This document shows positions 40,177 to 50,374 of a DNA stretch of 64,000 nucleotides, one piece after another. Source of the stretch: Arcobacteraceae bacterium (lineage in GTDB: Bacteria; Campylobacterota; Campylobacteria; Campylobacterales; Arcobacteraceae); assembly GCA_965224485.1 (NCBI GenBank), contig CBDCZH010000018.1:1-64000 (forward strand). The letters run 5' to 3'. A model generated the notes under the pieces. The model had not been told where the DNA came from. It saw only the letters and a list, made by a program, of their open reading frames with translations, and did no database searches. Numbering within the stretch: position 1 is the first letter of the stretch; every line of letters starts with the position of its first letter. Both the position numbers and the translations under genes were made by a program.

Positions 40177-40782
40177 ATGAATTATCCCCTATTTTATGAT
40201 GAAATTGAAACTATTGTATTAGAAGATAAACTATCTACTTTCTTAGGTGCTTTTGAAGATGGACTAATCGAATTTTCTTATTTAGATGTAGTTAAAACAG
40301 CAGGGCATTCATGTCCTACAGTTTTAGGAGCATATTTATGTACAAAAGCAGGTCTAAAAGCTTTATATAAGGATGAAATGCCTTTACGTGGTGATATTAA
40401 GGTTGAATTTAAAGAAGAGTGCACAGATGGTGTTTCTGGAGTAATTGCTAATGTTATAACTGATATAACTGGTTCAACTACGAATTATGGATTTAAAGGA
40501 ATTGCTGGTACTTTTGATAGACGGCATTTAATGTTTTTTCAAAGAGAAATAAGCTCAAGTGTTAGATTTACTAGAAGAGATACTGGTTTTAGTGTTGATG
40601 TTTATTATGATCCTTCAAGCGTTTCTCCTGAAGCTAATATGTCACCTCTAATGCAAAAATGTGTTTCTAAAACAGCTAGTAAAGAAGAATCTTTAGAGTT
40701 TGGAATTTTATGGCAAAAAAGAGTTGAAAATATATCTAAAAATGAGAAAAATGTTATCAAGGTTTTAGAAGTTAAGAAGTAG
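40177..40782 (+). CDS. FmdE-like protein
   Basis: AGHSCPTVLGAY matches the FmdE-type H-x-C-P metal motif. Confidence 0.6.
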   Translation: MNYPLFYDEIETIVLEDKLSTFLGAFEDGLIEFSYLDVVKTAGHSCPTVLGAYLCTKAGLKALYKDEMPLRGDIKVEFKEECTDGVSGVIANVITDITGSTTNYGFKGIAGTFDRRHLMFFQREISSSVRFTRRDTGFSVDVYYDPSSVSPEANMSPLMQKCVSKTASKEESLEFGILWQKRVENISKNEKNVIKVLEVKK

Positions 40783-40800
40783 AGGTGAATAAATAGAGGT

Positions 40801-42147
40801 TTAGTTTTCTAAAACCTCTAAGTGTTCAATCTCAATTGCATTTCTGCCCGTATCTTTTGCTCTATATAAGGCAATATCAGCCCTATGCATAAGAGTATCT
40901 TTTGTATCATTTTGATGATATTGAGATATTCCAATTGAGCAAGTTAAGTGTATGTCTTTTGTAAACTTGTGATTTTGTATAGTTAATCTTATTTTTTGTG
41001 CAACTAACATAGCTTCTTCTAAAGTAGTATGAGAAAGCATAATCATAAACTCTTCTCCACCCCATCTAGCTACTAAATCAGAACTTCTTGAGTATAAGCT
41101 TAGAATACTAGCAATTTCTTTTAAAATTAGATCACCAACTAAATGTCCATATTGATCATTGATTTTTTTAAAATAGTCTAAATCTATTAAAAGTGTACAA
41201 AAACTTTGACTATTATATCTTGTGATTTTTGCAATTTCATATATTAAAAAAGAGTCAATTTTTTGTCTATTATAAAGTTTAGTTAAAAAATCAACAGAAG
41301 CTAATTTTTCTAATTTAGTTTTTTCAAGAAGTAATTCTTCATTACTTTTAGAAATCTTACTTCCTTCTTCTTTTATAAACTCAATCCATTTATTATAAAC
41401 CATTCTTAATAGTTCTTTTTGAGTTACAATTCCTGAGACTTTGTTATTTTCATCAACTACTACAATTCTTTTGAATTTTTTTTCTTTTATAAAATCAAGA
41501 GCTTTTGAAATTGTTGTATTATGGTTTAAACTAATTATTGGTGAACTCATATATAAAGATATTTTTTGATTAAAATCAGAATTATCATGTAATAAATCTA
41601 ATAAATCCTTAGTAGTAAAAATACCTAAAGGTTCTTCTTTATTATTAATTACAATAACCGAATCTGTTTGCAACTCTTGCATTAATTTAATTGTTTCTAA
41701 ACAAGATAAATCTTCATAAACAAAGTTTGGTTTATACTGAACCATTAAACTTTTTATTGTTTTTCTTTTCATTAACATTTCTGGATCAATATTATTAATA
41801 ATATCTGTATGTGAAATAATACCAAGCAAATCATTTTCTTTATTTGTAACAACCATATAATCACTTGTTGAATCAATTTGGCTTAATACGTTTAAAATAC
41901 TTAAATCTTTTTCTAAAATTTTAGCACTTGGTATATCTAATTCACTTAGTTTTGAATTAATATCAACACAGTTTATTTTAAATTCAATAATTTTTGAAGC
42001 TGTTAAAATATGATAAGTGTGATCATTTATAATCACTATTGTTCTAAAATTAGATTGGGCTATTATTTTTATAGCCTGGGCTAAAGTTTTTGATATATCT
42101 ATACTAATAATATCCTTACTTGCTATATCAAATACTGTAGGCATCAT
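40801..42147 (-). CDS. CBS-domain (two pairs) diguanylate cyclase
   Basis: CBS repeats (GIISHTD, GIFTTKD, GIVTQKE), DFLTKLYNR, RSSD I-site and RWGGEEF. Confidence 0.9.
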   Translation of the reverse strand: MMPTVFDIASKDIISIDISKTLAQAIKIIAQSNFRTIVIINDHTYHILTASKIIEFKINCVDINSKLSELDIPSAKILEKDLSILNVLSQIDSTSDYMVVTNKENDLLGIISHTDIINNIDPEMLMKRKTIKSLMVQYKPNFVYEDLSCLETIKLMQELQTDSVIVINNKEEPLGIFTTKDLLDLLHDNSDFNQKISLYMSSPIISLNHNTTISKALDFIKEKKFKRIVVVDENNKVSGIVTQKELLRMVYNKWIEFIKEEGSKISKSNEELLLEKTKLEKLASVDFLTKLYNRQKIDSFLIYEIAKITRYNSQSFCTLLIDLDYFKKINDQYGHLVGDLILKEIASILSLYSRSSDLVARWGGEEFMIMLSHTTLEEAMLVAQKIRLTIQNHKFTKDIHLTCSIGISQYHQNDTKDTLMHRADIALYRAKDTGRNAIEIEHLEVLEN

Positions 42148-42149
42148 AT

Positions 42150-43115
42150 TTAGTATACCAATCCTACAGCATTTCTTATTTCTTCCATTTTCAAAGAAGC
42201 TATTTTTCTGGCTTTTTGGGCACCTAGATGTAAGATTTCTTCTACTTCTTTTGGATTATTTAATAAGTATTCTCTTTTCTTTGCATATGGTTCAAAATAC
42301 TCACTTATTTTATCTAAAAGAGTTAATTTGAAATGACCATATCCTTCACCAGGAGTCTGGTATCTATTTTGTAAGTTTTTTAGTTCATTTTCATTCATAA
42401 ATAATTTACATAAGGTATAAATATTACATGATTCATAGTCTTTTACATCATCTAAACCTTTTGAGTCTGTAACAATACTCATGACTTGTTTTTTTATTAT
42501 TTTTTTGCTTGAAAACATATCAATAGTATTTTTATATGATTTTGACATTTTTGCCCCATCTGTTCCAGGAACTGTTGCAACATTTTCATCAACTCTTGAA
42601 ACCGGAAGTGTTAAAATATTAGAATATGTATGATTAAAAGAGTTTGCAATATCTCTTGCCATTTCTACATGTTGTATTTGATCTTTTCCAACAGGAACTA
42701 TTTGTGAATCATATAATAAAATATCAGCTGCCATTAAAACAGGATATGAAAATAATCCATGATTAGCCCCAATTCCTCTTGACGTTTTATCTTTATAAGA
42801 GTGAGCTCGTTCAAGTAAACCCATAGAAGTATGATTTGATAATATCCAGTATAGTTCAAGAACTTCTTTTACATCATGTTGTACCCAAAAAGTTGATTTT
42901 TCAGGATCTATTCCAGTAGCTAAAAAGTTAACTGCAACTTCAAAAATATTATTTTTTAAAATATCTTTATCTTTTACTGAAGTTAAAGCATGATATGAAG
43001 CGATAAAAGCAAATAAATCACCTTCTTCTTGAGCTTGCACAATTTTTTGTATTGCTCCAAAATAGTTACCTATATGGAGTGTTCCTGAGGGTTGTATTCC
43101 TGAAAGTATTCTCAA
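42150..43115 (-). CDS. trpS: Tryptophan--tRNA ligase
   Basis: SGIQPSGTLHIGNY, YPVLMAADIL, VPVGKDQ and KMSKS motifs. Confidence 0.98.
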   Translation of the reverse strand: MRILSGIQPSGTLHIGNYFGAIQKIVQAQEEGDLFAFIASYHALTSVKDKDILKNNIFEVAVNFLATGIDPEKSTFWVQHDVKEVLELYWILSNHTSMGLLERAHSYKDKTSRGIGANHGLFSYPVLMAADILLYDSQIVPVGKDQIQHVEMARDIANSFNHTYSNILTLPVSRVDENVATVPGTDGAKMSKSYKNTIDMFSSKKIIKKQVMSIVTDSKGLDDVKDYESCNIYTLCKLFMNENELKNLQNRYQTPGEGYGHFKLTLLDKISEYFEPYAKKREYLLNNPKEVEEILHLGAQKARKIASLKMEEIRNAVGLVY

Positions 43116-43187
43116 AACATTCTTCCTTAATTATTAATTGCGATATTATATCTAAGAGTTAATATATATGTCATTAATGAAATTTAC

Positions 43188-44468
43188 TTATAAAATATTA
43201 TTTTTAAGATTTATTATTCTATTTTGAATTAAATCTATATGCATAATCAAATTATAATATTCTCCCATAAAAGATAGAGGAACTTTCGTATCTTCTTGAA
43301 TCTCAATTTTTAAATTTTCAAGGGTTTTATACTCCAGATCTAAGTCTTCTTTTTTTAAATAAGAGACTTTTTTATCAATAGTATTTAATATTTCATACCA
43401 TCTATATATCTTAGATCTCATAGTCCAAGTATATAAAGGAAACACACCTTTAAATAAAGGAATCATTAGTGTTAATAAAGGAATTATTAATATTTTTAAT
43501 CTATCAATATTTGAAGCTATCCAATAAGGGAAGACTGTTTCTAGGAATGAATCTCCATTTTTAAAATATTTTTTTGCTTCTTCATTTATATTCATTTTTG
43601 TATTTTTTAAATTTGGAAATTCATTATCTTCGGAAAAAAGAGATTTTTTATTATGTACTTGATTTAATTTTTTTAAAAAAAGTCTTGTTAATTCTTCTGG
43701 AACATCTTTTCTTGCTACTAAGGTTGCAGTAGTTGATAAAAGTTTAATATTTTCATCTGGCAAGTTTTTATATAAATCAATTGTTCCTTCATATAAGTCT
43801 AAAGCATCTAAATAAGAGTACTTTTGACTATAAGCTTTGGCTCTTTTTACATTTAATACATTTACCTTAGGATTTTCAAGAAGTTCTTTTACAATTTTTG
43901 ACTTATGTGAGGCTACTATAAACATAGCATCAATTTCGCCTTTTATTAAAAGCTCTTTTGCTTTCATATTATCATATGAAAGAATTGTTGAATTATTAGA
44001 ATTAAGTCCATTATCATTTAAGATAATTTGGGACAGATATTTACTGCCACTTCCTTCTTTTCCCGTAGAAATCTTTTTTGAAATTAATTGAATCAAATAA
44101 TCCATTTTATACTTATCATTTTTATAAAATACCCATAAAGGTTCATAATATACATTTGCTAAGAAATCTAAGTTTGAAGTATTATCTAAAATACCATTTT
44201 GAACAAAAGCAAAATCAGCTTTTTTATCTTTTAGCAAAGCAATATTTTCAATTGAACCAGCACTTTTAAGAAGGGTAACTTTTATCTTGTCTTTTTCTAA
44301 TAAAGCCTTATAAATAAGAGCTGTTTTATAATAAGCACCATTTATTCCTCCTGTTGCTATAATAATCTCTTTTTTAGGAGCAGGTTGTATAAACTGAGCT
44401 GTTATGTAAAACATTGCTATTCCTAGCAAAATTATTGGAAAACTTACTTTAAAGAAATTATTGTTCAT
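43188..44468 (-). CDS. TAXI-family solute-binding protein with C-terminal TM extension
   Basis: IATGGINGAY, SAGSIENI, FVQNG, YYEPLWVFY and GSGS; C-terminal TM followed by WTMRSKIYRWY. Confidence 0.8.
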   Translation of the reverse strand: MNNNFFKVSFPIILLGIAMFYITAQFIQPAPKKEIIIATGGINGAYYKTALIYKALLEKDKIKVTLLKSAGSIENIALLKDKKADFAFVQNGILDNTSNLDFLANVYYEPLWVFYKNDKYKMDYLIQLISKKISTGKEGSGSKYLSQIILNDNGLNSNNSTILSYDNMKAKELLIKGEIDAMFIVASHKSKIVKELLENPKVNVLNVKRAKAYSQKYSYLDALDLYEGTIDLYKNLPDENIKLLSTTATLVARKDVPEELTRLFLKKLNQVHNKKSLFSEDNEFPNLKNTKMNINEEAKKYFKNGDSFLETVFPYWIASNIDRLKILIIPLLTLMIPLFKGVFPLYTWTMRSKIYRWYEILNTIDKKVSYLKKEDLDLEYKTLENLKIEIQEDTKVPLSFMGEYYNLIMHIDLIQNRIINLKNNIL

Positions 44469-44582
44469 ATGGACTCTTTATTTTTTAATAATTTAAAATA
44501 ACATATTTTGTATAAAGACTAAGAACATTAATTTTTCTTATGATAATAGTTATTAAAATTGATATTTAATGTATAATACAAG

Positions 44583-45269
44583 ATGTTAAAAAAAGAATTT
44601 GAAAATATCAAAATATTGTATGTGGAAGATGAAGATTATATTAGAAAAAATGCTGTTTCATATTTAAAAAGATTGTTTAAAGAAGTTTATGAGGCTAAAG
44701 ATGGATATGAAGCTTTAGCGCTAATAGAGTCAGAAAAACCACATATTATAATAACAGATATAAAGATGCCAAGAATGTCTGGTATTGAATTAGTTAAAAA
44801 AATAAGAGAAACAAATAAAGATGTTCAAATTATCATGATAACAGCTTTTACAGATACTTCTTATTTAATATCAGCTGTTGAATTAGGTTTAGTTAAATAT
44901 TTAGTAAAACCAATTATGCATGATAAACTTTTTCCTATTTTACAAATATGTGCAAAAAGTATTAAGGAAGATGTTTCTGCTTTAGTTTATATCTCTTCTA
45001 CTTGTATTTATGATAATTTTAATAAAACTTTAGAGCAAAATAAACAAATAATCAAATTAAGTAAAAATGAATTAAAATTACTTGATTTATTATGTTTAAA
45101 TAAAAATAGAGTTACTTCTTACGAAGAAATTCAAAATAAAATATGGTATTACGCTTTCATGAGTGAAGATGCTCTGCGTTCACTTATACGAAATTTAAGA
45201 AAAAAACTACCAAAATACTCATTAGAAAATATTTCAAAATTAGGTTATAAGTTAGTACTAAAGTGTTGA
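44583..45269 (+). CDS. OmpR-family response regulator
   Basis: LYVEDE, ITDIKMPRMSG, YLVKP and winged-helix LRSLIRNLRKKL...GYKL. Confidence 0.95.
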   Translation: MLKKEFENIKILYVEDEDYIRKNAVSYLKRLFKEVYEAKDGYEALALIESEKPHIIITDIKMPRMSGIELVKKIRETNKDVQIIMITAFTDTSYLISAVELGLVKYLVKPIMHDKLFPILQICAKSIKEDVSALVYISSTCIYDNFNKTLEQNKQIIKLSKNELKLLDLLCLNKNRVTSYEEIQNKIWYYAFMSEDALRSLIRNLRKKLPKYSLENISKLGYKLVLKC

Positions 45270-46980
45270 CGGTATATTTTCCTTATAATCATACTAAGTC
45301 TTTCCTTGCAAGCTAGTTTATTAATCAAATCTTCTAATTAATGAAATCTCTATTTCTTCTTTTGGTGTATACAAGAATATAAAAGATTATGACTTAGATA
45401 AAGTTCGTTTTAAAAAGTTTTTTATAAAACTTGAGGTAAATAGAGAATTTCTTTCTTCTGATACGTATTATATACAAGTTAGATGTGATATAAATACTCT
45501 TAGGTCTTCAAATGTTTTTTATAAAAAGTCTTTAAATTATGTACTTATAAAAGTAGATAAGAACTCACCTTCAAATATAATATTAGAATTTGAATATAAG
45601 AAGGAAAAAGCTCTAGGAATTAGATTATCTGTTCATAATACTTTTATATATAAATATCTTCTTCCAAACGAAGGTAATACTTTTTGGATGGTCTTATGGA
45701 ATTATATTTTGTGCTTTTTTATACAATTTAATTTTATATATTTATGCAAGACAAAAGGTATTTTTATATTATTCTTTAAATGCAAATTTCTCTTTTATGT
45801 ATTCTAGTGATGATAGTTTCTGTATTAGATAAAAATAGTGTAAGTGATATGTTTAAAGCATCTTTAGAGTTCTTAGAAAGTTTATGTATGTTATTTATTA
45901 TATTATTTTCAAAAGAAATTCTAAATATTAAGAAGTTAATGGAAAAATATAAATAAATTATACTCCCTTTTTAATATATATAAATATTGTTGATTTGATT
46001 TTTATTCTTATTTTTCACGAATCTTTATTATATGAATATGTAACAAAATCTCTCTTTGCTGGTATTTTTGTCCTTAGTGGAATAATTTCTTTACTAAAAG
46101 GACGTAGAGTTGCTTTATATTACATACTTGCCTTGGGTAGTTCTTTTTTTCTCACTATTTATAGCAGAACAAGATTTAGTGCAACTTTCAGAAATCTACA
46201 TTATACATATAGGTTTTCCTTTGGAGTCATTAATTTTATCTTTTGCTCTTGGTTATAAACTAAAGTTAAATTTAAAAGAAAAAGAGCAAAATGACCAAAT
46301 TTTAATACATCAAAGTAAATTAGCTTCCATGGGTGAGATGATTAATAATATAGCTCATCAATGGAGACAGCCTTTAACTCATTTATCTTATATTAATATG
46401 AACCTAGCTTTAGCTTATGAGGATAATGATTTTGATAAAAAGTATTTAAACAAGAAATTAAAAGAATCAAATTCTCAAATAGATTTTATGTCACAAACAA
46501 TAGATTAACTTTAGAGACTTTTATAAACCAAGGAAAGTAAAAGAGTTATTTTATATCTCAAGTGCAAGTGTAAAAGCCTTAGATATTATTAAACCTTCTT
46601 TATATAATGCAAATATTAAAATTGATCTAAATATCATAAGCGATAAAGAAATTAGAGCTTATGAAAATGAATATTCTCAAGTTGTTCTAAATCTTTTAAC
46701 AAATGCAAAAGATGCTTTAGTTCAAAGAAATATTAAAAATCCTAAAATAAGTATTATTATAAAAGAAGAAAATAAAAAGTCTATTCTTTATATTAAAGAT
46801 AATGCAAAAGGAATAAAAAAAGAAAATATTAAAAAAATCTTTGAACCATATTTTACAACTAAAAAGAAAAGTTCAGGTATTGGTTTATATATGTCTAAAA
46901 CTATTATAGAATCGCATTTTAATGGGGATATAAGTGTTAAAAATGATTCAGAAGGTGCTTGTTTTAGGCTTGAGGTTTAA
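45266..46980 (+). pseudogene. 7TM-DISM sensor histidine kinase, multiply frameshifted (probably sequencing indels)
   Basis: Frame-hopping translation gives a signal peptide RYIFLIIILSLSLQA, the 7TM motif ILFGWSYGIIFCAFLYNL...FLYYSL, H-box GEMINNIAHQWRQPL, N-box NLLTNAKDA, DNAKGI, FEPYFTTK and GIGLYMSK, ending at the stop at 46980. Confidence 0.85.
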
Positions 46981-47583
46981 TAAGCTTAAAATAGTAGTAT
47001 ATATGTCATTTTGTGAATAGTTAAATCTAAATTGTGATTCTTTTAATTGTATTTCAAAAGTTATCTTATTTAAACCTCTGAATTTTTTTAATCTTTTATT
47101 AATAAAATCTTCTAAATCATTTGTTGATTTTAAAAACTTTGTTAACAAAAAACTTTTTTTAGTTTTATTAAAAAGAACCTTTGCACTTTTGTTTTTTTGA
47201 TTTTTTATAAATGTTTCTTCTAGTTCATTTTTAATAAAACTATTTATATTTGGAAAAATTTCATTATGTAAATCAAGAAAACAAACTTTTTTATTACACT
47301 CAACAAAATATTTTAAATCAAAGTTAGTTTTTATATATTTTATATTGAAGCTTTCATTACAATAGTTATTGTTTTTAAAAAAAACGATTAATTCTTCTTG
47401 TTTTTGAAGAAGTAAAATTCTAATAATTTTATAATAGTTATTAATAGTTTGTCTGCTTAAGTTAAGTTCTTTTGCTGTTTGGCTTGCAGTATAATCTTTA
47501 GAAAAATAATAAGAGATTTTTTCTAATATTCCATTTTGTATTTTTGTATTTTTTAAATAATTAAATATTTCATCTTGTTGCAT
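46948..47583 (-). CDS. IS1595/IS1016-transposase-derived protein with degenerate catalytic core
   Basis: N-terminal HTH YFSKDYTASQTAKELNLSRQTINNYYKIIR and C-terminal KRLKKFRGL...FEIQLKESQFRFN resemble IS1016-type transposases. The central DESYFG and TD motifs are absent. Confidence 0.65.
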   Translation of the reverse strand: MQQDEIFNYLKNTKIQNGILEKISYYFSKDYTASQTAKELNLSRQTINNYYKIIRILLLQKQEELIVFFKNNNYCNESFNIKYIKTNFDLKYFVECNKKVCFLDLHNEIFPNINSFIKNELEETFIKNQKNKSAKVLFNKTKKSFLLTKFLKSTNDLEDFINKRLKKFRGLNKITFEIQLKESQFRFNYSQNDIYTTILSLLNLKPKTSTF

Positions 47584-47644
47584 AAAGCAGTATAGTAAAA
47601 AAAAATGTACGAAAACGGGCAAAAAAAGAAAATTGTAAAATTTA

Positions 47645-47659
47645 TAATAATCATTATTA
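47645..47659. promoter_or_regulatory. Fur-type box (perfect 7-1-7 palindrome)
   Basis: TAATAAT-C-ATTATTA upstream of the transposase-derived ORF. Confidence 0.6.
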
Positions 47660-47668
47660 GTTTAGGTA

Positions 47669-48850
47669 TTAAATCTTAATACCCAAACTTTTTGCTATTT
47701 GTTTAGCTCTGCTTTTTTCGTATTTATTTAAAGATGCTAGATGTAAATATTTTTTACTATCTTTTTTATTTTCTAACTCATGAGAACATAAAGCCATTAA
47801 TGTAAACTTCTTCCCTTCTTCTTTACTATGCTTTGAAAACTTATTACTTTTTAATACTTTGATTGTTTCTTTGTAATCTAGTTTGTTATAATATAAATTT
47901 GCTAAAAGAAGTGAAAATTTTGGTTTTTTTAGAAACTTTGAACTTTTTAATACGTTAATAGCATCATCAATTTGTCTTGCATTTAAATAAGAAGAAACTA
48001 AAGTTTCAAGTATTTTTCTATCTTTTTTAATTAGTTTCTTTTTTAAAGCATCACTAATAACAATAGCAGCCTTATTATATAAGTTATTTTGTAATAATAC
48101 ATTTGCAAAATATAAGGTATGTTTGGATCTTTTTAAGCCATTTTTCTTATAGGCTAATTCAAATGTTGCTAAAGATTTTTTATAATCTTTATTTTCTTGG
48201 TATAAAGAAATAAGTTGCAACCAATAATTCTCATTTTTATGCCAAGTTTTAAGCATAATTTTTAAAGTGCTAATAGCTTTTTTGTAATTCCGTAACTGAA
48301 TATAAGAAGAATATAAAATTTGATATAAAGATTCTGCTGGTTTTTTTATATCTTTAAATAAAGTATTTATATAAAAAATACTATTTTTAAAATCATCTTT
48401 ATAATAAGATGAGTAAATTAAGTTTTCATAAACACTTTGTTTATTAACTGCCTTACTAAGCAATAACTCTTTTGATAAGATAATACATTCTTTATATTTT
48501 TCTAAAGATAAATAAATTCTAGATAAGGAGTATTTTATTTTATCTATATTATCTTCTTCAAAAGCTTTCAACTTTATTATCTTTTCGTAATAAGAACTAG
48601 CTTTTTTATAATTATTTTTCTCAATAAATATATTTGCTGCATATTGTAAAGCATAAGATTTTTCATAATCATTTTTATTAGAATTAATAACAGTTTTTAA
48701 AAGTTTAAGAGAAGAGTTATACTCTTTTTTTAATAAAAACTCTTGAGACTTATTTAATGTCTCAAAAACAGATTTTGACATAGTGCCTTTTGTTTTTTTT
48801 GCTTGAAGTAGGGATAAGGTAATACATAAGATAATTAATATTTTTTTCAT
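47669..48850 (-). CDS. Periplasmic TPR protein (TtpD-like) of the TonB operon
   Basis: Signal peptide and TPR-like helical repeats (YWLQLISLY); last gene of the TonB2-type operon. Confidence 0.8.
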   Translation of the reverse strand: MKKILIILCITLSLLQAKKTKGTMSKSVFETLNKSQEFLLKKEYNSSLKLLKTVINSNKNDYEKSYALQYAANIFIEKNNYKKASSYYEKIIKLKAFEEDNIDKIKYSLSRIYLSLEKYKECIILSKELLLSKAVNKQSVYENLIYSSYYKDDFKNSIFYINTLFKDIKKPAESLYQILYSSYIQLRNYKKAISTLKIMLKTWHKNENYWLQLISLYQENKDYKKSLATFELAYKKNGLKRSKHTLYFANVLLQNNLYNKAAIVISDALKKKLIKKDRKILETLVSSYLNARQIDDAINVLKSSKFLKKPKFSLLLANLYYNKLDYKETIKVLKSNKFSKHSKEEGKKFTLMALCSHELENKKDSKKYLHLASLNKYEKSRAKQIAKSLGIKI

Positions 48851-49450
48851 TTGGCTAACCTAAAATTGAATGTAATTGTTGCATCTTTAGCTTCTTTAAT
48901 TGCTTTAAAATGCCATTTTTTTAATAGCTTGAAGAGAAGATTTCTCAAAAATTCCCTTAGGCTTTGAGTCTAGGACTCTAGCATTACTCACTGTTCCATC
49001 TTTATTAATTGTAAATACAAGTTGAACAAAACCAGATAACTTTCTTATTTTAGCTTTTCTTGGGTATCTTGGATTTCTTTTAACACTAGCTATTAACATT
49101 CTAGCATCAAGTAATTCCCTACCTATAGCTATTTTTGCCCCACTTAAAGAAGAAATAGAAGAGATATTAATCTTTCTTTGTTGAATATTTAAGGGCTGTA
49201 TTTTGATCTTTTTATCAATTCTTGTATTTAGTCTTGTTTGTTTAAGTTCGATTTGTTTAGGAGGTTCTTTTGGTTTGATTCTAGATTTTTTCTTAATAAT
49301 ACTCTCTTTTTTATCTCTTAAATAAACCATATGAGGCGTACTTTTTACTTTAGCTTCAAGATTATTGTTTAAAGAAATCATTTGTTCCATGCCAAAAAAT
49401 ATGAACATAGTAACTATAATAGAAGCAAAAAATGCAAAAAATAATCTCAT
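48847..49450 (-). CDS. tonB: Energy transducer TonB (frameshift near C-terminus)
   Basis: N-terminal TM, KPKEPPK and PRYPRKAK...GFVQLVFTINKDGTV. Removing one A near 48917 gives ...KKWHFKAIKEAKDATITFNFRLAK* ending at 48847. Confidence 0.9.
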
Positions 49451-49451
49451 T

Positions 49452-49856
49452 TTAATTCTTTATTGTTGATATAGAAATATTAGTAATACCAGCTAGTCTT
49501 ACTTGATCCATAACTTTAACTAAGGTTCCTGTTTTTGCGTCTTTATCTGATTGAATTACAATAGAATTTTGAGAATTACTTGCTTTTAATCTTTCAATAT
49601 TAGCTCTTATTGCTCTTACATCTACCATTCTTTTATCAATCCATATTTCATTGTCATTTCTAATTGCAATGATAATATTGGCCTTAGGTTTTTGCTTACT
49701 TGTTGAGGCACTTGGTCTATTTACTTCAATACCACTTTCTTTAACAAAAGAAGTTGTAACTATAAAAAATATAAGCATAATAAACACTACATCTAACATC
49801 GGAGTTAGATTTATTTCTGTTTCTTCTTTGTACTGTTTGTGTGAAAATCTTTTCAT
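49452..49856 (-). CDS. exbD: Biopolymer transporter ExbD
   Basis: INLTPMLDVVFIMLIFFIVT motif. Confidence 0.95.
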   Translation of the reverse strand: MKRFSHKQYKEETEINLTPMLDVVFIMLIFFIVTTSFVKESGIEVNRPSASTSKQKPKANIIIAIRNDNEIWIDKRMVDVRAIRANIERLKASNSQNSIVIQSDKDAKTGTLVKVMDQVRLAGITNISISTIKN

Positions 49857-50374
49857 GCTAAAACCTTTGAAATCTCTAAATGTAATTTTTGAGTTTGATA
49901 TCTAATTGATAACTCTAATTTTTTTTCAAATAAAATACCACTTAGGGCAACTACCATTCCAGCCATTGTTGGAATAGTAGCCATTGAAACACCATTAGCC
50001 ATTGATTTTACATTACTTGTTCCTGCAATTGCCATAACATCAAAAACTTCAATCATTCCTGTTACTGTTCCTAAAAGACCAACTAAGGGGCAAACTATAA
50101 TAAGAGTTTTAATAAAAGAAAGTCCAACTTTTAATCTTGAACTTGCGTCTTCCACAAAATAAGCTATGATTTCATTTATGAATCTTTTATTATAATTATG
50201 TTCTTTTATATCACTTAATAAATCTTTTTTGTATTTTTTATAGCCATAATAGACATAAATATATCTATCAATAAGTAAAGTCCATAAAAAAATAGCAATA
50301 GCGAAAACCAGATATAAAACTATTCCACCTTTATTAAAGAATTCACCTAAGTTATCTATATATAAGTCAATCAT
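49853..50374 (-). CDS. exbB: ExbB (MotA/TolQ/ExbB family)
   Basis: CPLVGLLGTVTGMIEVF and GVSMATIPTMAGM motifs. Confidence 0.92.
   Translation of the reverse strand: MIDLYIDNLGEFFNKGGIVLYLVFAIAIFLWTLLIDRYIYVYYGYKKYKKDLLSDIKEHNYNKRFINEIIAYFVEDASSRLKVGLSFIKTLIIVCPLVGLLGTVTGMIEVFDVMAIAGTSNVKSMANGVSMATIPTMAGMVVALSGILFEKKLELSIRYQTQKLHLEISKVLA

Noticed and set aside
47594..47621. Third ECF promoter copy (TGCCCGTTTT on the minus strand)
   Set aside because: It resembles the -35 element, but no CGT lies at the 16-nt spacing; a sigma70-type TATACT fits better.
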